From Fibrobacteria bacterium (GTDB taxonomy: Bacteria > Fibrobacterota > Chitinivibrionia > Chitinivibrionales > FEN-1185), in the NCBI GenBank assembly GCA_037447435.1, contig JBBIGR010000001.1, positions 1 through 64,000 on the forward strand: DNA of 64,000 nt. Reading direction: 5' to 3'. How positions within the stretch are numbered: position 1 is the stretch's first letter; every line of letters begins with the position of its first letter. A model generated the notes under the pieces. It was given only the letters and a program-made list of their open reading frames with translations. It did not search any database and was not told the origin of the DNA. The translations under genes were made by a program, and so were the position numbers. Shown here in pieces: positions 47,381 through 58,200 of the stretch.

Positions 47381-48802
47381 GTGTCTGTAGATCAATCGAT
47401 TAAACCGCAATTGACTATACAATCGATTACAGTAATACAAAAATATGCTGTTTTTATATTGCTCGGCGGTTTTTGTATTTTTGAAATCCTTTGTTTTTAT
47501 TTTGGGAATGCGCCATTTGTTTTTATTGCCTTTAGCGGGTTTTTAGCTGTATTATTTTTCATTATTCTTTTAATACGGCATAATGCGCAAACCATGTTTT
47601 CGGGTATACTTTACGCTATAATTTTACTTCAATTCGTACTACGACACAACATTATCTTTTTAGCTATCACGACAAGTGTTTTATTTTTTCCGGTGATTTA
47701 TATATTTTCAAAAACGTTACCTTACAGGATTAATCTTCCGACAAAATTAGCAACCCTATTGCTCTTCATTGGATTTTTTTCTTCCCTATTTTATCAATGG
47801 TGTAATTCAAACTACCCTTTTGACTTACTTTTGGGAAAGTATGATTTTTTCTTTTTTGCTGAAATACTTACTTATTATTCGGTCTACTTATTAATGAAGG
47901 TGAAAATATTGACTCTACATAAAACCTTCCGAGCCCTGATTGCTTCCGGGATTTTATTTGCCTGTTATATTGTTTTTGCTTATTGGCGGAGACATGAACT
48001 AGGAAATATTTTTTTTGAACGGCTTGGAAATTCCATCGACATTAATCCAAATCTCATTTCGTCTTATCTTGAATTAATCCTTCCACTTTCGGTATTTACA
48101 GGAATTTTTGAAAAAAACATTCTTTATAAAATTGCCTGGATTGCAAGTGCTTGTTTGTTAACTTTCATTATTCTTTTATGTAATTCCCGTGGAAGTCTTC
48201 TTGGTTTGAGCCTTTTAGTTGGGTATTTAATTCTTTCAATTAAGCGGACGAGATTTCGGATGATAATTATCGGCTTGTCACTACTTGGAATTTTTATTTT
48301 CGGACCAATTTACTATAATCGGCTTACTCACCCGTCGTTTTTGGATTTGCTATCTAATGCAGGACGATTAAAATTGTTAAAAACCGCAGTAATTGTTATT
48401 AAGGAAAATCATTACGTTTTTGGGATTGGGATGAATAATTTTAGCTTAATGAAATTCCATTATGGTTTTCCTTCATCATTCGACTTTTCCCGTTCAATGT
48501 CCTCACATAACCAATATATGGAAATTTGGCTTGGATGGGGCTTTCCGGCTTTACTAGGATGGATTATTTATTTCTGCGGCACTGGAATTTTGCTCATTCG
48601 AAAATCAATTTCATCATCATTGTTTCCTTTTAAAATGGCTTGTTTTTTCTCGCTGGTTTTTTTTATAACTCATGGCCTTGTGGACAGCATAATTGCTAGT
48701 CCTGAATTAATGCTTTATCCTTTTGTAATCCTGGGTTGTTGCCAATATTTGATTGCATTGGAACCCGAAACGAATAACGAATTGGCATATAACGGTAAAT
48801 GA
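47381..48802 (+). CDS. O-antigen ligase/polymerase (Wzy_C) family membrane protein
   Basis: NPN, SRG, GIGMNNF, HNQY motifs; multi-TM. Confidence 0.8.
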   Translation: MSVDQSIKPQLTIQSITVIQKYAVFILLGGFCIFEILCFYFGNAPFVFIAFSGFLAVLFFIILLIRHNAQTMFSGILYAIILLQFVLRHNIIFLAITTSVLFFPVIYIFSKTLPYRINLPTKLATLLLFIGFFSSLFYQWCNSNYPFDLLLGKYDFFFFAEILTYYSVYLLMKVKILTLHKTFRALIASGILFACYIVFAYWRRHELGNIFFERLGNSIDINPNLISSYLELILPLSVFTGIFEKNILYKIAWIASACLLTFIILLCNSRGSLLGLSLLVGYLILSIKRTRFRMIIIGLSLLGIFIFGPIYYNRLTHPSFLDLLSNAGRLKLLKTAVIVIKENHYVFGIGMNNFSLMKFHYGFPSSFDFSRSMSSHNQYMEIWLGWGFPALLGWIIYFCGTGILLIRKSISSSLFPFKMACFFSLVFFITHGLVDSIIASPELMLYPFVILGCCQYLIALEPETNNELAYNGK

Positions 48803-49894
48803 TCAATTTTTACAAAGAAATAAATTCTCCAATAAATTCAAACTGTTTTCCCAATTGAAATTATTGAGAGACCTTGGTCCTTCCTCAGAAACCTTCTCCG
48901 CTTCCTCCGGGTGTTCAAAAACAAACTCAATCGCTTTAGCAATTGCTTTTGCGGAACCAGGCTCGCAGAAATAGCCGTTTTTTCCATTTATAATATATTC
49001 GAGATGAACAGGAATCGCTGTGGCTACGGCAACACATCCACTCAGAATTGCTTCACAAAGGGGCAGATCCCAACCTTCATGCAAACTACTTGATATAAAT
49101 ATTTGCGACGAATTATAAAGCTCTCTGATGATCGTCTGTTTGGGATTTTGATAATATGTAATTTGTTCCGGAAAATTCCGAGGTTTTGGGGAAACCCCAA
49201 AAGAATTGATCTGCAAATCAGGAAATTTGTTCTTTAGTAATGAAATTGCCTCTAAAACAAACCTTGTCCCCTTTAACTCCAACGTATGCGCCAAAAACAA
49301 TAGACTATGCGCAGGTCTTTTTTTATACTTTACTTTTGCTTTATACAGCTCCGTATTTAGCCCGTTTGGAACGCAGACTGCTTTTAGGCCAATTTCTTGG
49401 AGCATATTCTCCAAATGTTTTGACACCACGATTTTCTGCATTGGTAAACGCCACGTGTTTATTAATTCTTCTTTGCTCATAACCCAATCTTCATATGCCT
49501 GAATAAAATAAAACTTTCTGCCCTTTTTAATGGAACATGAATTTACAAAATCGGCAGTATTTGAGGGGCAGGCTACTATGCAATCGGCATCCGGAATATA
49601 CCGTTCCAATAATGATGGAACAACCAGCATTTTCACTTTAGGAGAAATTGCAAACCAGTAAGCTAAATAAAATGGATGAAAAAATTTCAATTTATAATAC
49701 TGTATGAACGCTTTGAATTTTTTAATAAACGGAATATCGGTTTGTATTGATGTCGGATGAATAATGTTGACAATCCAGTTTCTTTCAGCAAGTCGATTCG
49801 CGTACTCGTAAACAACTTTAAATCCGCCAACAGGAACTATCCCCGGGCCGCAAAGAACAAAGGTTATTGATTTTTTCATTATTTTCGTCCTCAT
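48803..49894 (-). CDS. Glycosyltransferase family 4
   Basis: GGFKVVYEYANRL, YFIQAYE, EGWDLPLCEA. Confidence 0.85.
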   Translation of the reverse strand: MRTKIMKKSITFVLCGPGIVPVGGFKVVYEYANRLAERNWIVNIIHPTSIQTDIPFIKKFKAFIQYYKLKFFHPFYLAYWFAISPKVKMLVVPSLLERYIPDADCIVACPSNTADFVNSCSIKKGRKFYFIQAYEDWVMSKEELINTWRLPMQKIVVSKHLENMLQEIGLKAVCVPNGLNTELYKAKVKYKKRPAHSLLFLAHTLELKGTRFVLEAISLLKNKFPDLQINSFGVSPKPRNFPEQITYYQNPKQTIIRELYNSSQIFISSSLHEGWDLPLCEAILSGCVAVATAIPVHLEYIINGKNGYFCEPGSAKAIAKAIEFVFEHPEEAEKVSEEGPRSLNNFNWENSLNLLENLFLCKN

Positions 49895-49903
49895 AAAGAC
49901 CTG

Positions 49904-50761
49904 TCATCTTTTATACGCAATGACAATATCCTGGAATGATGTAAACTCTGTTCTTCCGCACCAACTGCCAAATTTAATAGGCTGTTGTATTTCCAGCCCG
50001 TTTTTTTTGTGCAATGAGTAAATAAGCTCTTCACCGTACCCGACAGCATCCTCCGGATATTGCGGTTTTTCAACAAAAACCTTAGCATCAAAATTGGTTC
50101 GCTCACTAAGTCTTATAGCGGATTTATTATTGGCAATTAACTCCAACGATTCTTTATTAATACTAAACCAGGTGGAAAATACTCTTCCATTTTTTTTCAA
50201 GACTCTCGAAATTTCATGAAGGTAGTGATCAACATCCTCCGACAGCATGTGGGTGAAAACTGAAGTCAAAAAAACAAAATCGAAATATTTATCTTCAAAC
50301 GGGAATATATAATCCGAAGCTTCGATTTTGCCATGAGGATTATAAGTAGTGTTTTTAATATCAGATAAATGAAAATGAAAATTAATATACTTTGGAGATA
50401 TTTTTTCTCGACACCATTTTATTGCTTTGGGTACAATATCAATACCATCGTAAGTTCCGTTATTCAAATACGTTAGCAATGGTAACGCCATTCGACCAAG
50501 ACCGCAACCAACATCCAATACTTTGTCGTTTTGTTTTAAATCGCAGAATTCCGTGAAAAACCTAAGAAACTCGAATCCGATGGCACGAAAATTTCCTGCA
50601 CCAATAAAGTTCATTCGTACCGGCGGTACCAAACCGTCATTTTCCTTTAGAATCCAATTGCCAATATCCACAAAACATCCCCCGACATATCTTGATAATA
50701 AAAAGATGGTACGGTACAGCGGTGGCGGGATCAATTTTTTTAATGTTTTCACATTGTACAT
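49904..50761 (-). CDS. Class I SAM-dependent methyltransferase
   Basis: VLDVGCGLGRMA, SVFTHM. Confidence 0.85.
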   Translation of the reverse strand: MYNVKTLKKLIPPPLYRTIFLLSRYVGGCFVDIGNWILKENDGLVPPVRMNFIGAGNFRAIGFEFLRFFTEFCDLKQNDKVLDVGCGLGRMALPLLTYLNNGTYDGIDIVPKAIKWCREKISPKYINFHFHLSDIKNTTYNPHGKIEASDYIFPFEDKYFDFVFLTSVFTHMLSEDVDHYLHEISRVLKKNGRVFSTWFSINKESLELIANNKSAIRLSERTNFDAKVFVEKPQYPEDAVGYGEELIYSLHKKNGLEIQQPIKFGSWCGRTEFTSFQDIVIAYKR

Positions 50762-50788
50762 CCATATAATTGAAAGGTTTGAGGTCCA

Positions 50789-52528
50789 TTGATTTTATTT
50801 AAATTTATTTTCCAAATATTGAAACACTTATGGCGGGAGGGATTTTTCTCTATTTCCAAACATCTCCTCTACCTTTACAGGTACAATATATTTTTAAAAA
50901 ATGATTTGAAGCATGTAACTCTTCCATCACCTTATATTAATAAAGCAAATGAGAAAAAACTGCTGTTTTCTATCATCACTCCTGCTTATAAAAGTAATTC
51001 AACATGGCTTTTGGAAGCTATATTTTCCGTTCAAAATCAATCATACACACATTGGCAGTTGTGTTTGGGATTATCTGAAATAGACCCAATTCTAAAAAAC
51101 CAATTAAATCAAATTTCAAATAATGATTCCAGAATTCTTCTTATCGATATTCATGAAAACAAAGGGATTTCACAAAATTCCAATATCATAGCTTCCCACG
51201 TCACCGGCGATTATATCGGGTTTTTAGATCATGATGATATTTTAAAGCCCGATGCACTGCTCTGTTTTGCCGAGAAATTAAAAGAAATCGATTATGATAT
51301 TATTTATTCGGATGAAGAGCGTATTTCGGAACAAAGATATCATTTTTTTTTACCGTTAATAAAACCAAACTGGGCGCCGGACACGTTTTTATCGTATAAT
51401 TATTTTTGCCATTTCACATGTATTAAAACGTCTTTATTTAGAAAATTATCCGGATTTAATCAAAAATACGACGGAGCCCAGGATTACGACCTTTTCTTAC
51501 GTGCTACCGAGCAAACTCAAAATATCGGCCATGTACGAAAAGTGCTTTATTCTTGGCGAGTTTGCCGCGGCTCATCATCCCAAGGCGTTCAAAAAAATAA
51601 GCCATATGCAAAAACTGCTGGCCTTTCCGCCTTGCAAGACCATCTTAACAGAATTAAAATTCCGGCAACGGTTACAAATGGCTTTTTTGATGGCAGTTAT
51701 CAGGTAAACTATCCCCTTAAACCCGGTCTTTCTGTCGATATAATTATAGCCTCGGCAAACAAAAACAACACCCTTATTCGTTGTATCAACAGTATTCTTT
51801 CAAAACAATATGATTTTTCTGTTTCAATTCACATTCTTCTTAACAATGATCCTTGTGTTGAAAAAACTTTGTCGTTATTGCCAAAAGACAAGAAACTATC
51901 TATTGAGATTTCGAATGGTCCTTTTAATTTCAGCGCAATAAATAACAAACCGGGATTTGCGAGCAACGCAGAATTGCTTTTATTTCTTAACGATGATATC
52001 ATAGTTCAAAATACCGATTGGCTGGCAAACCTTGTCCAGCACGCTCAGCGGGATGAAATTGGCGCTGTTGGCTCATTGTTGCTGTATCCTCAAGGAAAGA
52101 TTCAACATAGCGGGTTGACACTTTCTCCCACTCAAATTGCGGTTGATCTCAGTTTACATTATAAAAGTTCAAGTTATGGGTTGTGCAATCGTGCAAAAAT
52201 CATTCAAAACGTAAGCGCAGTCACGGGTGCATGTCTTTGCACAAAGCAAAAACTGTTTACGTCACTTGGTGGTTTTGACGAAAAGCTCGCCTTAGGATAT
52301 AATGATATTGATTATTGTTTAAAAGCTTCGCAATCCGGGAAAAGAATTCTTTATACTCCGTTTTGCCAGTGTATTCATCATGAGTCTTTGACTCGGGGAT
52401 TGGACAATAATAATCCCGACAAAAGGAAACGCCTTGGTGACGAAATTGAATATATGAAAAACAAGTGGGGTCATTTGCTAAATACTGATCCGTATTATTC
52501 GTTTGAATACCTTCACAAAAGAATCTAA
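50789..52528 (+). CDS. Two-domain glycosyltransferase family 2
   Basis: FLDHDD, YSDEE, GAQDYD; second domain FNFSAINN, FLNDD, SAVTGAC, NDIDYC, HHESLTRG. Confidence 0.88.
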   Translation: MILFKFIFQILKHLWREGFFSISKHLLYLYRYNIFLKNDLKHVTLPSPYINKANEKKLLFSIITPAYKSNSTWLLEAIFSVQNQSYTHWQLCLGLSEIDPILKNQLNQISNNDSRILLIDIHENKGISQNSNIIASHVTGDYIGFLDHDDILKPDALLCFAEKLKEIDYDIIYSDEERISEQRYHFFLPLIKPNWAPDTFLSYNYFCHFTCIKTSLFRKLSGFNQKYDGAQDYDLFLRATEQTQNIGHVRKVLYSWRVCRGSSSQGVQKNKPYAKTAGLSALQDHLNRIKIPATVTNGFFDGSYQVNYPLKPGLSVDIIIASANKNNTLIRCINSILSKQYDFSVSIHILLNNDPCVEKTLSLLPKDKKLSIEISNGPFNFSAINNKPGFASNAELLLFLNDDIIVQNTDWLANLVQHAQRDEIGAVGSLLLYPQGKIQHSGLTLSPTQIAVDLSLHYKSSSYGLCNRAKIIQNVSAVTGACLCTKQKLFTSLGGFDEKLALGYNDIDYCLKASQSGKRILYTPFCQCIHHESLTRGLDNNNPDKRKRLGDEIEYMKNKWGHLLNTDPYYSFEYLHKRI

Positions 52529-52634
52529 CGGTTTCAATGGTTTGTTTATTTCGTATCAGCATACGATTAAACTGGTCTTCAAGGAAATAGTACTTATTGC
52601 TCAAAAAGAGAATTAATGTCTGCCAATTTTACGA

Positions 52635-53657
52635 TCATTTTCCCTGGCTTATGAAAAAAAGCGCAATTCTTCTCATATAAGAACTTTTGCTTTTAGAAAA
52701 CAATTTTAGCTCTTCCGTCAACGACAATATCGATTTTCGTTTCAGCCTTTTTTTCCTGATTTCGAATATTTTAGGCAAACCTCTCACCATTTCGCCATAC
52801 GCTAAAAACAAACCCGGTTGAACAAATGCCTTAAGCAGGAAAAAAGTCTGCAAAGGAAACCAATAAAAAAAATGGCTCATTAAAATTAAAGACCGTTCAT
52901 TGAGAACCATAAGCCAAATTCGGTTCCGATGATTTCGATTTCGCGCAATGGTTTTTAGTTTTTTCCCTTTTAAAGCCCCCTCACGCACATGCCAGGCTTG
53001 AGTTTTTCCTGTGCAAACGGCTTTCCATCCCATCCTCCTTGCTCGCCAGGCGAGATCAACATCCTCATAATACGACTCGAACATTTCAAGAAACGGCGGC
53101 TCATTTTGAGAAATATCCGATAGCATTTTTCTCGAATAAACCGGGGCACACCCGCCAACGCCAAAAGGATATGACACTGTTGTTATTGGCGTATTCGCGA
53201 TTTTTCCCGCTTCTATATCATCGTGATATCTGGATTTATTTAAAGCTATGCCAAGACTGTCGATAACAAACGTTTTTTTACCCTTTACAAGCCGGTATAG
53301 AACTCCACAGGCCATCCCGATCCTATCATCACCTTTCATTTCGGTAATGCACGCATGCAAATAATTTTCGCCAAGGAGGATATCGGCATTCAAAAGACAA
53401 ATAAATTCACTTTTAGATTGCGATATTCCCCAGTTCATTGCACGTGCAAACCCTAAATTCGTATCAAATTGATGGTACGTAAAACCCGGTTTTCCCAAAC
53501 ACCAACTTTCGGCAAGGCTATCCGAACCGTCTGTAGAGCAATTATCAAGGACTAAGACTTCTGCTGGCAATTCGGTTTGTGCAATTACCGATTCTAAAAG
53601 CTGAACAATAGTGTCTTTGCCATTAAAATTTAAAATCACAACCGAACATTCCGCCAT
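52635..53657 (-). CDS. Glycosyltransferase family 2
   Basis: DNCSTDGS, NLGFARAMN, LLNAD, YYEDVDLAWR. Confidence 0.88.
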   Translation of the reverse strand: MAECSVVILNFNGKDTIVQLLESVIAQTELPAEVLVLDNCSTDGSDSLAESWCLGKPGFTYHQFDTNLGFARAMNWGISQSKSEFICLLNADILLGENYLHACITEMKGDDRIGMACGVLYRLVKGKKTFVIDSLGIALNKSRYHDDIEAGKIANTPITTVSYPFGVGGCAPVYSRKMLSDISQNEPPFLEMFESYYEDVDLAWRARRMGWKAVCTGKTQAWHVREGALKGKKLKTIARNRNHRNRIWLMVLNERSLILMSHFFYWFPLQTFFLLKAFVQPGLFLAYGEMVRGLPKIFEIRKKRLKRKSILSLTEELKLFSKSKSSYMRRIALFFISQGK

Positions 53658-53904
53658 ATGATTTCCTGATGTTTACTTTAATTGTAATTTGCCTGCCGCT
53701 GATGCCAAAATTTGCTGCTACTCGAAAAATACTACAGTCTAAAAAGAAATCATCATTTACCTTAAAAATAAGTAAATGTCTTTTTTACTTGTATTGTGCA
53801 TATGTAAATCTTATTTTTCTAATGATTCGGATAGGCGGTCTTCTTTTAATTTTGTATCGTTCAAAACGGCCTGTAATCATTTCGAATCATTGGACTGATC
53901 TTTC

Positions 53905-55038
53905 ATGCATATTTTTATTGATGCCCGAGGCCTCGAAAACAAAATTGATGGAATTGGGCAATTTACCATACAAATTCTTTCAAGACTGCACTTATATACT
54001 GCTGACAAGTTTACCGTTCTCATCCTCGATAATTTGGGTCTTTCACTTCCCTCATCACCTAATGTTTCCTATATCAGAACAACTGTTCGCCGATTTACTC
54101 TTGCCGAGGGAAGTAGAATCCAATCAATTGTAAACGGGCAACATCCGGATTTATACCTCAATATGTCGCCCTATATTGTCGGCAGAATCACCTGCCCTCG
54201 CTATATGATGCTCTATGATCTTCTTGCCACCCATTTTAAAGGGCTGTTTAAAGGAATGGGGTTTTACAAAGAATTTTTAGCCCGACGTTTTTTCCGGTTT
54301 CAGACCCGAAGGTCGATACGTTCCGCAAACGGCATTATTACGATTTCCCATCATTCCAAAGAAAAAATCTGTTCGTATTACAATATAAACAAAGATTTTG
54401 TCGGCGTCGTTTATGGAGGAGTCGACATACGTTGTGATCCCTGTGCAGACCCGCAAAAAATATCGGCATTTAGAAACAAATATAACCTTGCCGATAAATT
54501 TATCTTACATGTAGGAAATTTAAAACCGTACAAGAACATTATAAATATTATCGCCGCATTTAATTTATTTACAATAAAACATCCGGATTCCAGCGTGCAA
54601 TTTGTTTTTACAGGAAATAAAGGACGAGGGTATGCCGAAGCGATGGCTCAAATCGCCAAATATAATCTTTCGACCAAAGTAAAAATGCTTGGCTACCTTG
54701 ACTCTTCTGAAATCCCTTTGTTGTACCAGGCTTCCGCCGGACTCTTTTTCCCTTCTTTGGAAGAAGGGCAGGGTCTGCCGGTATTGGAAGCCATGTGCTG
54801 TAAAACCCGAGTTGTGACATCCCGGAATACGGCGACCGAAGAAATTGCGGAAGGCCACGCGTTTCTTGTTGATTCCAAAAATCAAACTTCGCTTCTGGAA
54901 GGGCTTGAATATCTCGCCTTTACTGAAAAAGACGAAGACAAAATCCAACGGGCTTATTTACATGCAAGAAAATTTACTTGGGATAGAACCGTCCAAGATA
55001 TCATGAAAATTATTTTAATGCCGGCCCCCTCAAAATAG
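53905..55038 (+). CDS. Glycosyltransferase family 4
   Basis: IDAR..GIG, VGNLKPYKN, EGQGLPVLEAM, FTW. Confidence 0.88.
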   Translation: MHIFIDARGLENKIDGIGQFTIQILSRLHLYTADKFTVLILDNLGLSLPSSPNVSYIRTTVRRFTLAEGSRIQSIVNGQHPDLYLNMSPYIVGRITCPRYMMLYDLLATHFKGLFKGMGFYKEFLARRFFRFQTRRSIRSANGIITISHHSKEKICSYYNINKDFVGVVYGGVDIRCDPCADPQKISAFRNKYNLADKFILHVGNLKPYKNIINIIAAFNLFTIKHPDSSVQFVFTGNKGRGYAEAMAQIAKYNLSTKVKMLGYLDSSEIPLLYQASAGLFFPSLEEGQGLPVLEAMCCKTRVVTSRNTATEEIAEGHAFLVDSKNQTSLLEGLEYLAFTEKDEDKIQRAYLHARKFTWDRTVQDIMKIILMPAPSK

Positions 55039-55041
55039 ACT

Positions 55042-55458
55042 TCACTTCAGCTCTTTCCCGGTCGTAGACATATTCAAAGCCACGTGCTTGACGCCGACCT
55101 GGGATTTGAGCATGCTCGCGAGCTTTTCGACTTCGCGGGCTTTACCTTTGACTGCAATAATTTCGAGGCAATTATGGTGGTCTATGTGGACATGTTGTGC
55201 GGAAATAATGACGGATTGGAAATCGTGCTGAATATCCATGAGATTATTGACAAGCTCACGTTTATGATGATCGTAGCTTATGGTGACTGCGCCGGCAACT
55301 TCGTTATCGCATAGCCACTGCTTTTTTACCAAATCTGCGCGAATAAGATCCCGAATTGCCTCGGACCTGTTTTTATAATTTCTTTCGGAAATATATTCGT
55401 CGAATTCATCAATGAGATCTTTTTCCAGGGAAACCCCGAATCGGTACAGAGAACTCAT
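55042..55458 (-). CDS. nikR: Nickel-responsive regulator NikR
   Basis: RFGVSL, NRSEAIRDLIR, YDHH, HVHIDHHNCLE. Confidence 0.93.
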   Translation of the reverse strand: MSSLYRFGVSLEKDLIDEFDEYISERNYKNRSEAIRDLIRADLVKKQWLCDNEVAGAVTISYDHHKRELVNNLMDIQHDFQSVIISAQHVHIDHHNCLEIIAVKGKAREVEKLASMLKSQVGVKHVALNMSTTGKELK

Positions 55459-55459
55459 A

Positions 55460-56905
55460 TCAATGCGCTCCCTTACCGGTAAAAACGACCAAAAGAGTGC
55501 GAAGCATTATTTTCAAATCGAGCAATAAAGACATGTTTTCGAAGTAATACAAATCGTACATGACTTTCTGCTTCACGTCTTCAATAGACGAATCATACTT
55601 ATGCTTGACTTGCGCCCAACCGGTTATTCCGGGCTTCATTTTTATGCGGCGAACGTACCAGGGAATTTCCTGTTGCAACTGTTTGATAAAAAACTCGCGT
55701 TCGGGACGCGGTCCAACCAAGCTCATATCTCCCATAAGTACATTGATGAATTGCGGAATTTCATCCAGGCGCGTTTTTCGGATAAATCTGCCGATCGGCG
55801 TAATTCTCGGGTCGTTTTTACTTGCCCACATCGGTCCCGTTCGCTTCTCCGCATCCTGATACATCGACCGGAATTTATGCATGACAAACGGTTTTCCGTT
55901 TTGGCCAACCCGTTCTTGATTATAAACCGCTTTTCCCGGTGAAGTGAGTCTGATAATCAACGCCACGGAAAGCCATAAGGGAGCGCCAAGAATCAGAACT
56001 AGCAGCGACACGGTTACGTCCATAAGCCGTTTGATTTGCGCTTCCCATTGAGGCATATGGTCGGACAGTAAAACCATAAGCGGAACACCGAAAATTTGAT
56101 GTGTTTTCAAATGACCGGTAATGACATCCATCAAGGAAGGCACCATATAAATCGTCAGGCGCAAGTCCCCGCAGTAGTTAACGATTTTGAGAATTTCATT
56201 TGCCGATTCGGAAACATGGGATATTATCAGGCCGGAAATCTTATCTTTCTTTGCAATCGCAGGAATATCGGAATAGGTACCTAAAACGGTTAATGTCCCG
56301 CATTTTGTCCCTTTCAGCCTGCCGTCGTCGTCAACAAATCCTTTGACGCTGTATCCAAGGTGAGGATAATGGCTTAATTCCTCAAGAAGTTTTGCCCCGG
56401 ATTCCTGCGCGCCAACAATAAGCACGTTGCTGACCCCGATGCCCTTGACAAACAACCAGGACAACAAGCTGTGCATCAAAAACCGGTCTGCCGTGGAAAA
56501 CACGACAATGCAAGCCGAATATGTCACCAATATCGCAAGTTTTGTACGGGTAAACAGTACCGAAATATTTCCCGTTTTGGCGCATTCGATAATTTGCGAA
56601 GCGCTGGTGACCAAAAACAGCAGGAAAATGCCGATGATGATGGTGCGCACAACAACAAAGAATTCATCGATCCGCGATTCCTTATACCAGTCCCGGTATA
56701 GCCCGGTTAAAAAAAACAAGCCTACCCAACTTACCGAAATAAAAATAGACAAAATAAAATAGGAGGAAAAATCGATGTTCGGATTATAGCTTTCGGGGAA
56801 AAAGTTACTTTTGTAGCGAATGAAAAAAGCTGTCGCAAAAGCAATATTAAAAGCAATGAAATCGATTAAAAATGTCAACGCTTTTTCGATAAATCGTACT
56901 GCCAT
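55460..56905 (-). CDS. Polyprenyl-phosphate sugar phosphotransferase (WcaJ-like)
   Basis: KRLMD, KFRSM, DPRITPIG, RLDEIPQFINV, SLVGPRPER, PGITGWAQV. Confidence 0.9.
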   Translation of the reverse strand: MAVRFIEKALTFLIDFIAFNIAFATAFFIRYKSNFFPESYNPNIDFSSYFILSIFISVSWVGLFFLTGLYRDWYKESRIDEFFVVVRTIIIGIFLLFLVTSASQIIECAKTGNISVLFTRTKLAILVTYSACIVVFSTADRFLMHSLLSWLFVKGIGVSNVLIVGAQESGAKLLEELSHYPHLGYSVKGFVDDDGRLKGTKCGTLTVLGTYSDIPAIAKKDKISGLIISHVSESANEILKIVNYCGDLRLTIYMVPSLMDVITGHLKTHQIFGVPLMVLLSDHMPQWEAQIKRLMDVTVSLLVLILGAPLWLSVALIIRLTSPGKAVYNQERVGQNGKPFVMHKFRSMYQDAEKRTGPMWASKNDPRITPIGRFIRKTRLDEIPQFINVLMGDMSLVGPRPEREFFIKQLQQEIPWYVRRIKMKPGITGWAQVKHKYDSSIEDVKQKVMYDLYYFENMSLLLDLKIMLRTLLVVFTGKGAH

Positions 56906-56911
56906 AATTTT

Positions 56912-56949
56912 AATTAAAGAGTAAAGATTAAAAAGTAAAGAGTAAAGAT
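56912..56949. repeat. Five degenerate heptamer repeats (TAAARAK)
   Basis: TAAAGAG TAAAGAT TAAAAAG TAAAGAG TAAAGAT at 56915-56949. Confidence 0.75.
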
Positions 56950-57000
56950 GCGGAGCAACGGATTAACCATAAACACCCAAGGGTAAAATAAATACCGCTA

Positions 57001-58191
57001 TTAGAAATTCCCTTTAATAAACGTTTCAAACAAGGAAACGCCCGTATACAGTTTTTTTCCCAATGCGCTTTTTTCGCAATATGAATTATTATTATCCGGA
57101 ATTATCGAGGTTCCGCAAACCGCGTAGGGGACCGGCATCGAATGATGCGTTTTCATAGGGATCGGCGTTGCATGGTCCGGCATGACAAGAATACGCATTT
57201 CGCTGAACTCGTCCCGCATTTTTAAAACTTCGCCGACGATATGCGTATCGAACTCCTCTATCGCCTGAATTTTCTTTTGCAAAGATCCTTCATGCGACGT
57301 TTCGTCGGGCGATTCGACATGGATAAATACAAAATCCTCGCCCGATGCCAACGCTTCATGAGCGGCGGCGACCTTGCCTGCGTAGTTTGTACCCAAATAG
57401 CCGGTTGCACCCTCAACGATTCTTACATTCAAACCGGCAAGTACGCCGATGCCGCGCACGAGATCAACGGCGGATATTACCGAGCCGGTCAATGAAAAGC
57501 GATCTTTGATTGTCGGAAAAGTCATGGCCTTTCCCTGGCCCCATAACCATATATGGGTTGCGGGTTTTTTGTTGTTGGCGATCCGTTGCGCGTTAACCGA
57601 TGATTTGGCAAGAATTTCAGCAGCTTTTTCCATGAGATGCAAAACCATGTCTTGCCCCGCACCCTTGGGCAATTTATCGGCAATGGGTTTTCCGGAAATA
57701 TCATGCGGAGGGGTGCATTCCAATGGCCCTTGTCCAAAATTGGAAATGACAACCAAATGCCGATAGCTGACCCCGGGATAAAACTTGACCGTATTGGAAC
57801 CGAGCGCTTTTTGAAGCTCGGCAATGATTTCATGAGCTTCGGCGGTCTCAATATGGCCGGAGGAATAATCGTCCATGCATTCGTCTTTAAGGGTGACCAG
57901 GTTGCAACGGAAAGCGACATCCGTGGGTAAAAGCGGAATGCCCATGCTTGCAGCCTCAATAGGCGCGCGACCGGAATAATACGTTGCCGGATCATAGCCC
58001 ATCAAAGACATGTTTGCGACATCGGAGCCCGGCGGCAATCCGTCGGGAACCGTTTTAACAAGACCGACAAGCCCTTGGGTTGCGATCGCATCCATATTCG
58101 GGGTTTTCGCAAAGTCAAGCGGTGTAAGTCCGTTAAGTTCGGGCAAGGCAAAATCGGCCATGCCGTCGCCGACTAATAATGCATATTTCAT
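57001..58191 (-). CDS. apgM: Cofactor-independent phosphoglycerate mutase family protein (ApgM-like)
   Basis: GDGMAD, PGSDVAN, GRAPIEAAS, PPHDI, HVESPDETSH, PDHATP. Confidence 0.85.
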   Translation of the reverse strand: MKYALLVGDGMADFALPELNGLTPLDFAKTPNMDAIATQGLVGLVKTVPDGLPPGSDVANMSLMGYDPATYYSGRAPIEAASMGIPLLPTDVAFRCNLVTLKDECMDDYSSGHIETAEAHEIIAELQKALGSNTVKFYPGVSYRHLVVISNFGQGPLECTPPHDISGKPIADKLPKGAGQDMVLHLMEKAAEILAKSSVNAQRIANNKKPATHIWLWGQGKAMTFPTIKDRFSLTGSVISAVDLVRGIGVLAGLNVRIVEGATGYLGTNYAGKVAAAHEALASGEDFVFIHVESPDETSHEGSLQKKIQAIEEFDTHIVGEVLKMRDEFSEMRILVMPDHATPIPMKTHHSMPVPYAVCGTSIIPDNNNSYCEKSALGKKLYTGVSLFETFIKGNF

Positions 58192-58200
58192 TTAAAACAA

